DNA of 64,000 nt from Tubiluchus corallicola (Eukaryota > Animalia > Priapulida). Location of the stretch: contig JAQGDQ010000292.1 of NCBI GenBank assembly GCA_030141605.1, positions 124,001 to 188,000 of the forward strand. Reading direction: 5' to 3'. The notes beneath the pieces are model-generated. The model saw only the letters and a program-made list of their open reading frames with translations. It was not told the DNA's origin and searched no databases. Positions 38,001 to 50,720 of the stretch are shown piece after piece. Numbering within the stretch: the stretch's first letter is position 1; every line of letters begins with the position of its first letter. A program made the translations under genes and the position numbers.

Positions 38001-40256
38001 TTGACGTTCGTTGTTTGTGATGCCAGCAACAACATTTACAACAACTCAATGATGACAAGTGTTGACTGAGTGATAATCATGACGGTCGTGTAACAACATT
38101 GATGGATGCCGATAACTGCGGTGCTAATGCTGGCGCTAACAGCAGCAGTTGTGAATACGACTGATTTTAGTTTTATAGTTCTGCATAAGCCAACAAAATT
38201 AAGGGAAGGGGGACCTGAAAAAACACAAGCAGCTGCTAACAATTAAGGGCGCCACACAGTCTATACTCATTATTGTTGTTGGTGGTGGCGGTAATGATGA
38301 TGATGATAATGAAGACGAGGAGGAGGACCATGATAACGACAATGCTGATGATGACAATCGTGATATTACTCTTATTTTTAGTAAAGACTAATCTGTTATT
38401 ATTGTGCAGACTACAATATAATAACCGCATATATAAAATGATGCCAAATCATGTCTCAAATGGTGTTGATGATAATGTTGATATTGATATTGTTGATGAT
38501 GATGTGTTGATGCTGTTATTGATGATGATGATGACTTCGGCGGTAGCAGCGGCAATATTAATCATGCTTCTGTTGTTGTTGTTATTATTATTATTGTTAT
38601 TTTTGCTGCTGATTCGATTTTGTTGCCTGGGTTGTCGACGACACTAATGATATGAAGTATACTGTTCAGAAGTTCTGATAAACTAGTTTTGTTGTTTATC
38701 TGGTATTAAAAGATTGTTACTAATTACAGCTGTTGTTGGTCACACTAATAAGGTCATCTTATTCATGGCGGCACATAATTAGCACTAATAATTAATGCTG
38801 TGACTACGAAACTAGCTTTATTATAGATTGTGATTAATTTGGCGAAGCTACATAGTATATGGAGTTATTTGTATTATTCATTTCAGCTAATGTTGGGTGT
38901 CAAGGTGCAGCTGTGCGAGTTTACACAAACAGCACTGATTTACTAACACCCACGGCCGAATTTTGCGGTGAAAATCCACCTCCTCAATATCGCCAGTTCA
39001 TATCCACCAGTAACGTTATCCGGATCACGTAAGCATCATACGCTACCAGTCCTGAACAAACAGTTTAAAAATTAACGAAAATGATCGGTTCTTGTTAAAA
39101 GTGTAAGTTTACGGATGCAATTGTACCAAATCAATGAAGTCGTGGTGATAAAAAGCAAGAGATAAAATCGCTTAAATACTCTGCATTAAATGCGCCCGAT
39201 CAATATCGTCAATTCCTGTTCTGTGCGCATTACTACTCTATTATGAACGATTTAGCAAGTGTTAAAATTTACGTCTTCAAAGTGAACCACACATTTCAAT
39301 GGCTCTGTTTTGAAATTTCTACGTAATTCTTTTTGTTGTTTTGTACTGTTATTTACTTATATGATCGTATATTCCATTAAAGAAATTATAATTCTACATT
39401 TTTAGGTTTACAACATCAGAAAAGGCTGCTGGAAATAAAGGATTCCTGGCTGCTTGGTCTGAAATATCACACGGTACCTATACTCTATGAAAAATACAAT
39501 TTCTTCTTCCTGTGCTAGACAACCCATAAATATTAGGGAAAATTTAGCAATCAGCAGAGGTTTTCATATAAGCAGCTAAGGTAGTTGCAATAGTATTAGC
39601 GTTTATTACGTGTATAAATAAATTAATGTACGAAAATTATTTCAGATCGTGTGTGTGAACACGGCTTCAAGTGTAAAATTAATAACTACTGCATCGATAA
39701 AAGTCAACTGTGTAAGGCTAAAAGATATCAACATTATGAAGTTTCCTACTGCGGGGAACATGATACATCTGACATAGCTGGATGTAAGTATTAAATAAAA
39801 ATCTGTTCATTTTATGTTATTTTTGCAAAAAGTAATCATGAATAAGTATCTGTCTATCTATCCTTTAAATCACTGTCTGCTATGTGTTTCCATAAGTACA
39901 TACTTCATGTTTATTTATTACAAGTCACGATTGCAAAATCAACAACATACACTTGAAATATTAACAACAATTTTGTGAATACAGGTGATACAACCTCTGA
40001 TAATAAACTTTACGTGATCATTGGAAGTTCAGCGGCAGCAGTGCTAGTGGTTCTCACTGCCATCATCGTCATCTGCTACCGTCGCCAGCACACGAAGTCA
40101 CAGCCAAAGTCCAAGTCATCGTCCAAAACTGAAGTAAAGGCCATGATGATGATAAACAATTCGAAGTCACACTTACACAATGATTTGGGGCACGTTGACT
40201 ACCATCCTGCACCCCAGATCGATACGGTCATTGTGTCACACCAAACTGTGGTATGA
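13780..40256 (+). CDS. SOL-1 (suppressor of lurcher)/LEV-10-like type I membrane protein: 5 CUB + LDLa-like + TM + PDZ-binding tail; 5'-partial, about 830 aa
   Basis: 17 GT-AG exons join in frame: 13780-13874, 14214-14296, 14890-14976, 17061-17194, 17581-17788, 18517-18728, 21541-21695, 23776-23846, 24511-24695, 25252-25462, 26853-27002, 36917-37023, 37771-37944, 38887-39028, 39406-39473, 39646-39783, 39985-40256. CUB motifs: GTFHSPNWP, GNILSPTYP, GTVYSPNYP, GSFKSPRHP, GTFESPQY, with YCG/GF motifs. GLEDDQNLEKV and DYGIPGT recall SOL-1-like proteins. TM is YVIIGSSAAAVLVVLTAIIVICY; ends HQTVV*. Confidence 0.88.
15877..15996. repeat. Compound pentanucleotide microsatellite (AACCT/AACAT/AGCAT/AGCAC)
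   Basis: Seen directly. Confidence 0.95.
18775..18972. repeat. (GGT/GAT/GGC)n low-complexity trinucleotide tract
   Basis: Seen directly; intronic, just after the donor at 18729. Confidence 0.9.
19350..20839 (-). mobile_element. 5'-truncated non-LTR retrotransposon (LINE): RT C-terminal half plus CCHC tail, frameshifted, in an intron of the CUB gene
   Basis: VRQGTVLGPLL, LLFIDDI and YQYLG RT motifs in ORF 19976-20839. ORF 19506-19958 has CPVC...TTEHMLRC. There is a frame break near 19970 and a short (GATTGC)n repeat near 19404-19430. Confidence 0.88.
21312..21390 (+). mobile_element. tRNA-derived SINE head (degenerate)
   Basis: A-box-like TGGTGTAACGG and B-box-like GATCGATTCC at tRNA-like spacing. 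No full cloverleaf. Confidence 0.45.
25960..26250 (+). mobile_element. Degenerate LINE 3' fragment
   Basis: YLANVKNAKDRKTVAKLRTS followed by frameshifted SHSLTIEIWG resembles the 'AKLRxSxHxLxIExGR' C-terminus of LINE ORF2. Confidence 0.55.
29376..32372 (-). CDS. Nested antisense gene encoding a thyroglobulin type-1 (thyropin-like) domain protein; 5'-partial
   Basis: Exon 31930-31721 (acceptor gtctgtatttag, donor gtaagt) and exon 29461-29376 (acceptor ttgattgtag, stop TAG) join in phase 1: ...TRCELHLALVLDAPIVLDDIWVPNCDAVTGKYMANQCTTDRRCFCVNEDGERTSAWSRGEANCNELQR*. This has six Cys with P-x-C, QC and C-[WF]-C-V-x-x-x-G motifs. A probable 22-nt exon 32372-32351 (EKERSKK) lies upstream. Confidence 0.85.
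32009..32076. repeat. (AT)n microsatellite
   Basis: Seen directly. Confidence 0.97.
32955..34455. repeat. Degenerate foldback element with TTGATAA/TTATCAA subrepeat arms, containing the 33205 MITE
   Basis: The left arm (about 32955-33130) is rich in TTGATAA and ATATCGA. The right arm (about 34160-34455) is rich in TTATCAA and GATATTAT. The ends are loosely complementary. Confidence 0.5.
33205..33351. mobile_element. hAT-type MITE, 147 bp
   Basis: Perfect 8-bp TSD GTGGTAGC (33197-33204 and 33352-33359), imperfect TIRs, and GGCCCGG/GGGCCC subterminal motifs. Confidence 0.8.
35755..35810. repeat. (GT)n/(GC) microsatellite
   Basis: Seen directly. Confidence 0.93.
38265..38610. repeat. Low-complexity (GAT/GTT/ATT)n tract
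   Basis: Seen directly; intronic. Confidence 0.85.
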
Positions 40257-43200
40257 CCGCATGGAATAAAGCTGCGCACGAGGGTGGACTTGATTTGATG
40301 ATATGATTGTGCCGTATGTGAATCTGTATCACGTATGGACCATTGCACGAACTCTAACCAAAGACGTTTCAATCACTTTCATGACACACTTAGTGCAGTA
40401 ATACAAGTGGGTCTACCAAAATCTTACTAATTATTACTATTGAACTGAATTTAATTAAAAGTTATTAAAAGTGTATTTTACTTGGAGTGCAGAAACAGTT
40501 GCTTTATATGCAATATGTTGATTGCACTTTACCAGCAAAAGCATTGTCGAAAAAATTCAGTTTGAAAAGCATCATTCTTCTCTTTTTCCAAATATGGCAC
40601 ATGTCCCAAGGGTCAGTGTATTCTCATAGCATGCAATTTGTCATGCACAGTGTTGCTGCTAAGGCCAAGTGTACGTGTGATGAAATTATCCAAGGAAGGA
40701 GAGTAATTGAGGTAAAATAGGCAAGCTAGCTCAGCAGGTTAATGTCAGTTTGGCACGAATGTCTTCTAATATCTGGTTTACAGTAGTCTCTTGCAATAGC
40801 TATATGCTTTAACCGTGCACTGAGATATATGTACATGTTTTAAGATATAATGTATGGTCCAATGGGAGTCTCTTCTCTAGTAATTGGGCTTCTCTTCGCA
40901 TGGGCACAAACGTGTAATTTAACTGTACACTTTAACAATTATTAGCCTATACTATAACTGCTTATGTAAATAATAACTTAATTGTTTGTAAATAATATAA
41001 TTAATTCAATAATAATAATATAATTAATTCGAATGTGTTAAAAGCAGGTAATTTTAATTTGTTTTATATTATAGACACTTTACAGCACAGGACTTAATAG
41101 TTTATCCCCTCCCTCTCTCTAAAATTCTTCTCTGAGCCTAAAAAAGTGCATTTTAAGATTTTTTCGTAGCTCATTCTAATCACTTCTTTTTAAATTTGAT
41201 AAAGAGGTGGCCTAAAACAATTTTGCAATAATCTAATATTTCAATAATTGTACAGAAAAACATTTACATTGCATGGTTTTATATTCTCCTTTTTGCAATT
41301 ATGAAGCAGAATAGTAAGTTATCACATAATTACAAGGCAAAGACTTTATATGTCCAAGCATTTATTCTGTGATCATCTGTCAGTAAGATTCACGTATTAA
41401 GAGATTAGTTTAGTACATTTTGTCTTTGTTACAGAGAAGTGTAATTAATAACCCTACTCAGGCTTGCACATAGGCACATGTAATAATTTCTATGGCTTCC
41501 GATAATTACAGTGAAGCCCTATTGTGTACTTGCTCAACATGTTAATGAATCTTCCCTTTGTGATGCTTGACTCCAAGCAATCTTAATAATTATTATCAGC
41601 CATTATAAAGACCGGCAGTGGAGGCAGCAGTTTGGTATGAACAAAGAGGCTAAAGAAGCGTACAACATCAATGTGTTTTCAGTTAACGGCCTCTAGCTGT
41701 AGGACATATTTGCACTGTATATTGTTATTCATCGCTACAGGAATGGGTTCAAGTGCATCAGTATACTGAAAATTCATGGCTACTTAAATGATAATCATTA
41801 AACTTTCCAGGTTTTAAAATCATGTACCCTTGTGAAACACTAGTTTTAACAGTTCATCTTCTAAATGTCGATATATTTTTATAAAAAAGTGCTGAAAGTC
41901 AATTATTTAAAACAGGAAAGTTGTGCTATGTGCCTAGAAATCAACAGTAACATATTCAATTCATTAGATTTCGTGGATTCGAATGAAAAACGCAAATCTC
42001 TGGTTTGTTTCTAAGCTATCAGAACTTTTTCACATTTTCTTTCGTTCAGTCAGACTTGAATTCAGTAAATTGGTGGTTGTGAATTCTTCCTATCTATTTG
42101 TTTACACACTTATCAAGCTTTGAAATGTGGCTTTATTCTTCAGATATAGTTGGGATACTTAAATACATCCATTCTAACATGCACCTAGCTCAACGGAAAA
42201 GTGCAAATGTTCATTTAACAGTTCATTTAACAACACCATCCATTAATACATGTAGTCGATTACATTCAGTAAAACGATGGCATCAAACAGAGATTAATTT
42301 GGTCTACCTTAATTACTTACCATAAAGATATTCAAGATAACATTTTTTGTTAAAACAAATATGTATGTATTAAACATCTTTTTTGTAGTAAAAGCTTTTG
42401 TAGTGCATATAAACTTCACGAAACAATATGTATGTAAATGTGTATGTATGTAAATGTATCAATTATGGCAAACATTAATTTTTCAACCTTAATGTATTGT
42501 AATAAATGACCTATAATTATATTATTTCATTTTATTGCAAAAGTTCTATATAAATATATTTCTATTGAGTTTTTACATAATTGGACACAAATTAAGTGTA
42601 ATTCTACAAAAATTGTTTTTTAACATACCATCACTGTAAATACTATGACTGATTTTAGGAACTGCACGGTTTTGTGTTACATGCAATGCCAAATAATGCA
42701 ATGTCCAATAAGTTAAGCTTGACAGACAATCACATTCACATTCAACAATAACAGGAACAGGTGATTACCTGACCAGGTGAATGTGAATCAAAAGAACAGA
42801 TCGAAACAAAAGTATTTATGTGGCCTCACTGCAACATTAGAGCTTGGTCTCACAGTTCACCATAACAGGACATTATTATGGTATCTGTTATAGGATGAAA
42901 ACATAAACATGCAACTTAATATTCAACAGAAAACTGAGCAATAATAATAAACTATAACTATGGGAATGCTTCTGTAACTTTCTTCTCCATTATACCATGT
43001 AAATAAATAACAAAAAATAACTATGCATGTTGCAGTAAAATCTAATGCATGTTTTGTTTTTTTATTGTACGTCCTTCTCAAGAATATGTAGCCAAGATTG
43101 TACAAATACTGTTGGCTACATATTCTAAAGAAAGACTTAATGTCCAAATATTGATACAAAAAACAAAAATACACTAGATTTTACTACAACAAGCATGGCT

Positions 43201-44005
43201 ATTTATTTATTAGCAAGTTTATTACACGTTTACATAATTACAGCATTATGTATTATTATTCCAAAAATAATCAAGGTTACACTGATAGTCACACATAGTA
43301 ATAGGAATTATTTATAGCTTTACAGTAAAAATACTTTAATTTTGAAAATGTATCAGAAGTTTTGTTGCTAACAATGAAATTAAAAAATACAGTGATTAAG
43401 CTTATGCTTCCAATGACATCTGTTCAAAGTTTAATTTAGTTAAATAAACATGGGCACAAACGTTAGGAATTGTCAAACACAATAATAATTAGACTACCAA
43501 ATTCACAAAATCATAGCATTGCAAATGGCATTGAGAAACCTAATACAGCGGTCTGTAATTATCATTCATTATATGTCTATAAATCCATGATTCATGTCAT
43601 AATTTCGATGGTTGCTGTGATGTGTTATATATGTAACATTAAAAACCAGTTATTTGACAGGGAGGTACTCAAGCACCTTGTCAAAGTCCAGGCGAAGAAA
43701 ATGCTTTTTACTGTTGCCACGGCAATATAAAATCAATTACAGTTTATCACAGGATTATTACTGAGCTAATTTAGCCAAGTAAATACATGCATCGTGGAAA
43801 AATAACACTTGCCACTTAACGGCTTTTAGTAGCTATATAGCACCATTTATGTAAGTCAGAACACATGCACAGCTGTGACAGGCTAACATTGTAATAAAAA
43901 TGTAATTATACATCATGCTTACTCCATGGTGTTCAAAGTCTTGCAAAAATCACCTGAATGGCCTAACTTGTCTTGACAATGAAAATTATACGGAGTTGTG
44001 TTGAT

Positions 44006-47000
44006 TCAGCTCAAACTATCCAACTGAGCTTGAATTTTTTCTAACTGAAAAATTTACAATAACCTTAGAAGATACTAAAACTTTAACATTCACAAAATTC
44101 TTGGTTGAATTAAGGAAAGGGATTGGTTTATTCTTACCTGATTATAAAACTCATACAATTCTTCATGGTTGAATTCCAAAAGAAGCTCTTCACAGTCCTG
44201 AAAATACATGGAAGAGGCAAATAGTGCAGTAACAAATCTGATAATGTACAAGTTTATGTATACCAGTATTTCTTCTAATAGTGATATTTTCTAATAGAAA
44301 GTGCATTGCATTGTGTTTTTCAAAATGTCTAAAATTGTCACACAAATGATGTTAATTGTTAAAATCACCTAGCAGACAAGGAGTTAAAAAATGGGTTTTC
44401 CTACACTTCAGATTTTAAACAAATAATTTTTGTAAATAATTAGTTAAACAAATAATTTTGCTTCTCATGGAAATTATAACACCGTTGCATTAAAAAAAAT
44501 GGAAGCATAATTCACAAATGTTCTTGCTCAGTCTACCCCTCCATTGTTCACTTACTTCAGTGGCGGTTCAGGTAGCTTGGAAAAAGGATAGCTGATACTA
44601 TTAACAAGTTTACTACTGGACAATAAAGGACCACAAGCAATGTATTGACACTTTACTGTTAGCCATAGTTATAACAATGATTGTGAGGTAGTTGTCAGAT
44701 AATCATAATATAGTTTTGTGCAATAATTCAACATTGTTTGACAGATTAGAAAAGTATGACTCATGTGAGCCAGTGCAGCACACCACCGAAGCATAGTACT
44801 AACCATGTTGTCAACACACAAAGCAATTAAATAAAATTTATCGGTATAACCTAGAAACGCACTTTTGATTGGTTGTCTTTGATACCCAGCTCAAATATTG
44901 CATTCGGTTGTTTCATTTGCCCTCTAGACGATTGCGCCATCTGCAGTCCAAATCTCCAATTTATTGTCTCCAACTAAAACATGATATGATATTTAAAATG
45001 CAGGATGTAAATAAGTAAAAGAAGGAAACAGGGAAACAGGTTGAGTTAGCAATTATAATGTAGACTGTCCGAAATATAGGAGTTGCAATGGAACACACTT
45101 TACTGAACAATAAATAACTAAGTAACCATTGCAAAAAAAACTTTCCATACTTTTTTAATATTTGCAAAAAATGTTACAGTACAAACTGTTAATATCCAAT
45201 CCAATATTTTTAACGTTCATAGTGAATAATAACTAAAAACTGCTACAGTCTTTAATAAATTGCCCACAATGTATGTTTTTAACATGTCAGCATATAAAAT
45301 TTTGAAAAATCTAAAGATTTAACAGGCGACCATCAAGGTTTGCAAGGACAAATACAGGCCAAAACACACCAGAACTTGTTGAAGGTTATCAAATGAATGA
45401 ACCTTTACAAAAATTTTAGTACTATGCTCTTCTGCACTTTAGATCAATTTAGAATTAACTAATAAAGAAATCTAGTTAATTAACTAATTAACAAATTGCT
45501 ACAATTTTTTGTCTTGAACCAACGACATCCTAACTAATCATCCTTCCAACTCACTCAATTGTATAAATATTTTTTGGTGTTGTTTCAACTCATTTAGTAT
45601 TAAAAAGTTGAAAAAAATGTGACAGAAATAGTGAATAATAGATCAGATTTTTTTCTAAGATCTGAGCTAATGCTTGGGAATTTTTCTTTTTATTACAATC
45701 TATCAACTATCAATTTCAGTAACAAAAAACATCTTAGCAACAAGAATAGGTCCAATAAAGATTTTTATTTTCTTTTTTGCAAGATGGACTTTTTACTAAT
45801 TAAAGATCCATAAAGTATTCTGTAGCATTTATGGGCTGTATAGGCAGACTGGATTATGACCTTTTGGAGTCCCTAAGCTAACGAAACTGTGGGAGCTCTC
45901 TCAGATGAATCCACCCTCTAATTCGCCCGCAAAATAAGCAAGGCAATAAACAAACAAACCTCATAACATAACATAACACAACATAACAGGTCTCATACAC
46001 GGGGCCTGCCTATTAACGGGGTCACTTTTTTTAAAGTCGAAACTTTATTTTAAGTTAAATGAATTATTAAACAATGTAAAAATATTAAAATATTATATTT
46101 ATTTTTCAAAAAGAGATATATTTGAAAGTCTTTTAGCAGGGCACCTCAAGTTTGGGGTCCCAAATTTAAGGGGCCCTATGCTGGAGTCTATACTAGCCCA
46201 TAAGGTAATCCTGATCTGCGTATAGGCCACATCGAGCCATCAAGTGACCCAAAGTTTTTATTTCAATAGTAATACATCTCACTAGCTGAAAAATCTAAAT
46301 ATTAAATTGATGATTTCAGAGTGTATGAGCAACTTGGATTATTATGTTCCCAAATTTCGACAACGTTACACACATACCTGCTTTGCTGAGAATGGTTTTC
46401 TTCTGAGATGCTCAATTACTTGTTTGCCATTAGCAGTCCATTCCTCTACAATTGATACAACCTGAAAAAACTACTCATTAAAAAAATTCCAAATCCACAT
46501 TGACTACGAAAATAACATACCAAGAGGTTATATAGAGATTTTTAAATATTATAGGTAATTTAACATTAAAACTGATATTTAAAAATAATTTAAACTTAAA
46601 GTTGAATTTAACATGCTATTCCTTTTCATTTTTCCTATTTCATAATTTATGACTTAGATTTTCTTTGAAATCGTGACTGAAATATTTTTGTATACTAACC
46701 CAAAGATTATAATTTTAATCCAGAACTTAAAATTATCTAATTAATTTATAATAGTAGTAATTATTATTAAAATAATATCAATACGTTACGTTATTTTTAG
46801 AATCTAGGATGTAACTACAGTATAAGTAGTCATCTTTTGATGAGTATAAAAAAATAAAAAAGTTCACTGAATGTCAGATAAAGCAATTACATGAATAAAT
46901 TATTATAAAAATTAAATCTACAAGTTACGCATTTATTTTTTTTGGACAGGGAGTAGCTACAGATTTTACTAATCAAATTAAACTATAAGGTACAGGCTGC

Positions 47001-49440
47001 TTACTAATGGTGAATAAAGGTAAAAGTAAAGTAAAAATGTAGTAATCCTACAAGAAAATTTTATTTTATACATAAATTCTGGTAGTTTTATATTGTGATT
47101 GTATTAAGCTAAAACAAGGTAAAAAGCAGACAGTTTTTTGTATTATTGCAAAAATAAACAGTAATAATGACTGACTCAAAAACAGCACAACTATGAACCA
47201 TGTTTACCTTATCTTCATCCAAACCAAGTTGTGTTAGTTGTTGAGAAAGTGCAGCTGGTTTAGCCAGGTGGTAGGAAGCCTGTGTACAAAAGAATAATTT
47301 TTTTCAACTAACCAGAAAAAGATGTAGGCCTAAGTACAGTTTCTACAAATATTACAAAAAGATAAATTAAACATTGTCAGGAATAGCTATGTGCTCATTG
47401 TGTGAATAAATTTAGCTAACAAAGTTAAGCAATACTGAACCAGGTTAGTAAATGGATTGACAGTCTCCAACAAAATCGCTTCTGGGCAATTTCATTTGCA
47501 ACACTACCCTTGGGAGGTAATATTCATCTCCCTCAGACCTGAATAGTGTTTAAATGTTTATTAACAAAATAACGAAAATTCTCCTTTCTTACTGTTAAAA
47601 CACACCTCATAGTAAAAAGTATAGGTTGCATTCATACGAATACACGTCCCTGATACAGAAGCCTTTTCAATACCTAGCCACCTGTATCCACATATTTATC
47701 AATTATACATATAGTTTCATATCGTCATCAACTTATTCTAGCACGCATGACAAGTCCAATGGTAACAGACTATTGCTACATGTAAACATAAATCACACAA
47801 TATTTCTCACTTGACTGTGAATTAATGTAATGTTATGCATTCGGGCCCACCTGTGAGAATATGAATTCAATGAATTCAAGAACAAGCTTTACATCATCTG
47901 GAGATAGTTTAAGTGCAGAATGAAGTTTTCCTTCTTCTTCTTCTGTAAAGGCCTTTTTATCCTAAAAAATTGTAAATTTTACATACACATAATGTAAGGT
48001 GAACACTTCTTACTTAATCTATAGTTTTTGCATTTAAAAAAGTAAATGACTGAAACTATTTTTCCGTTGCTGCCAAACTAATGAGCCAATTTAAAACTGC
48101 ATTTAAAAAACGATAAAACAACTACATGTGACTATTATAGATTCATAGAAACTGTCGCACTGTGGCTTTATGGTTATCGTGGGTTCCTTAGAACAACAAA
48201 ATATCCAACACAGCAATCAAACATTTGTAACATTTAAATATTTTTTCAATAAACATTTTGATCCCACCTAGCCCGATTCCTCCCGTGTTTTTCTGCTATC
48301 TAGTTCTTAAGTCATACATATATATATATATACTAATTACGACATCACAGTGGCCATTTAAAACGTCTAAGAAAAAGAACAAACTGATTATGCATTTTAT
48401 TTAAATCTCCTCAGATTGCTTAATCAGATACTATACACATGATTTGATAACTTACCTTAAGATGCAGCTTCTCCACAATTCTACGCAGTAAAAGTGGAAA
48501 CTTTACATCACCCAAAGCATTTATCAATGACACTGCCTTTTTCAAGCTGAAATACAAATACAAATTTCCATACAGTAAATGAAACAAAAAAATCAGTGCA
48601 AATGGCACAGTTACATTCAGAATTTAGACAATTTAGTTATAAATGTAAGAGTGCAGATTCACATTTAATACTGGTGAGGGGCATGCTCAGTAATAAGGCA
48701 TGAACAAAACTATAACAACTAATATAATTTTCACAAATGCCTAACAACTACTTCGTAAAACAACTAATTGCTACTGATTACTCCACTTTTACGTGATATA
48801 AACGTTTCTATATATTTGCAGTACATCAATCTGCATAACAACACGTTGTGCTCCCAAAAAGTAGTATAGTTACTCCAGTTACTTATTTAAAACACCCTAA
48901 CACCGATTGCTTTACCTATGACTTGAGATTACCAAATAATTATTTTTTACTATCAAACTTTTGATTTTATAGCGTTACAGAAAAACAACCACTTATGCAA
49001 TATCATACATAAAATGCATGAGCTTCAGCACATCAACACAAATCATTTAGCTAGGTAGTTAATTAAGTATCTTTCAAAATTAGCTTCTTATACAAGAGTA
49101 TCTTATACTTCTTGTTAACCACTGAATCATTGAAATTTTTGTACTTTTTAATGCACGAGTTGCATTTATGTTGATGTGAAATAAACAATCTTGAAAAAAA
49201 CAAAATCAACATTCGGTGCATCGCTATCATTGCATTTTTATATTTGCTAATATCTGAACTTATAATATTGTTTAGTAATCTACTTCATTCATTAGGCCTT
49301 AATCACACGGTAACAGAAATGATTACACATTTCAGTAAATTACGTAACTTGACAATAATTTATTTGTCAACTAATTCTAAGTTGCTAACTTACAACACTA
49401 AGGCTTTATACCTTGCAGTTTCTGTAAACATCGAAGCCAT
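44006..49440 (-). CDS. COMMD10: COMM domain-containing protein 10 (Commander/CCC complex), complete, 198 aa
   Basis: 8 GT-AG exons: 49440-49412, 48546-48456, 47961-47851, 47279-47208, 46461-46378, 44973-44863, 44197-44138, 44044-44006. Translation MASMFTETASLKKAVSLINALGDVKFPLLLRRIVEKLHLK...LETINWRFGLQMAQ...EFNHEELYEFYNQLEKIQAQLDSLS* matches recalled COMMD10 (KKAVSLINA, LETVGW, LETIQAQLDSL). Confidence 0.93.
45845..46218. mobile_element. hAT-type MITE in a COMMD10 intron
   Basis: Ends CAGACTGGATTA / TAATCCTGATCTG, 8-bp TSD TGTATAGG/CGTATAGG (7 of 8), internal GGGGCCC motifs. Confidence 0.7.
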
Positions 49441-49689
49441 GCTAGTAATAATATTAAATCAGCAAAAGCCTACTTCTATTTTTAGTACATGAATAGTACA
49501 GTACGGGCTGCCAAGGCCGTACCAGCAGTGCAGCTTCCTCAAAAATAACTATTTACAGTCACCACATCCACTTTCTGAACTTAAATAGCCTGTTACATTT
49601 GCGCTTTTTTGTAGACTCTCATCGCATTGATTTTTTCAACCACCCAAATCCATTAGCCGGACTCTTTTTCAGTTTAATCGTTTCAAATC

Positions 49690-50080
49690 AGATTCAGATT
49701 CATATCAAGTTTATTACCTTCGATGATCGGGGTGAAGCTGATAGCTTTTTTGCCCATTGTTGCAATGCTTAATTGTACACATAATGTTGTGGATCCCGTT
49801 AAAAACTGTAAGAGTTAATATAATGCCATAGCCAGGTGGAAGTCTTTAATTCTCCGGCAATGGGGTCCATTCAGGCTGAAATTTGTCGTGACACATTTCA
49901 GCATGGTGTATAAAAAACTGATCCAGTCGTGAACTAAAAGTGACTTAAAGTGTGAAGTATCAGTGACACACCATACCTTAATATTAAATGAATTCCAATC
50001 ATTGACAGTCCTGAACACAAACATATTCCTGTTTCTGCATCTGGGCTTAGTAACTTTGTATCGACATAAAGACGTCATTA
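49690..50080 (-). mobile_element. LINE (CR1/L2-like) 3' end fragment
   Basis: KPRCRNRNMFVFRTVNDWNS resembles CR1/L2 ORF2 ends. AATAAA and a short (GAATCT)n-like tail lie near 49690-49715. Confidence 0.6.
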
Positions 50081-50099
50081 AGTCAAACCATCCTTATTC

Positions 50100-50720
50100 A
50101 GTGGAGATATTAAAATTACAAGTGACACACGCTACAAAAATTGCCTGATTGCTGTGAAGAACATGCTAAACATAATAATATTGTAATTAATGCTTTGAAA
50201 ACGAAAACTGTGTACTTTATTCTGAATGCATTTAGGAGTGTCAGCTTTGCTAATGTAGTCTTACAAGGAGAACCGATTGAACTCGAACATGATGTAAAAT
50301 ATCTTGGCCACATATTTAACAATAATTGTAAAGGCAATTAATTGCGCCTTTTTTATGTTAGATTTAATATTCTTTGCAAAAATTTTAGTTGTGTTGTCAA
50401 ACGAGTTCTGTTTAAATCTTATTGTTCAACTTTTTATTGTTCTAACCTCTGGATCACCACTTTAAATGTTTGTACTATTAAAAAACTAAAAGCGGCCTAC
50501 TATTTTGCGTTGCCGACGTTTTTTGCTTACCGGTGGGGCACCACAGCATCTAGAATACGTACCGAATATGGCTGTAATCATTTTAAAGTCATTTTCGCAA
50601 AAATGCGTTTAGCCTTCATCAGCTAGCTTTAAATTAAAGCAAAGAAGTCATGCGCAGTTTATTCTTAATATTGATGTCATTTTAATTTCGAATATTTTGC
50701 CCATTGAGAATATACACTTA
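50100..50720 (+). mobile_element. Degenerate LINE RT-thumb fragment
   Basis: INALKTKTVYF...VKYLGHIF...FYVRFNILCKNFS...LFKSYCSTFYCSNLW, interrupted by a stop. Confidence 0.7.

Noticed and set aside
38236-38647. Poly-M/L/D membrane-like ORFs
   Set aside because: Artefacts of low-complexity intronic triplet repeats.
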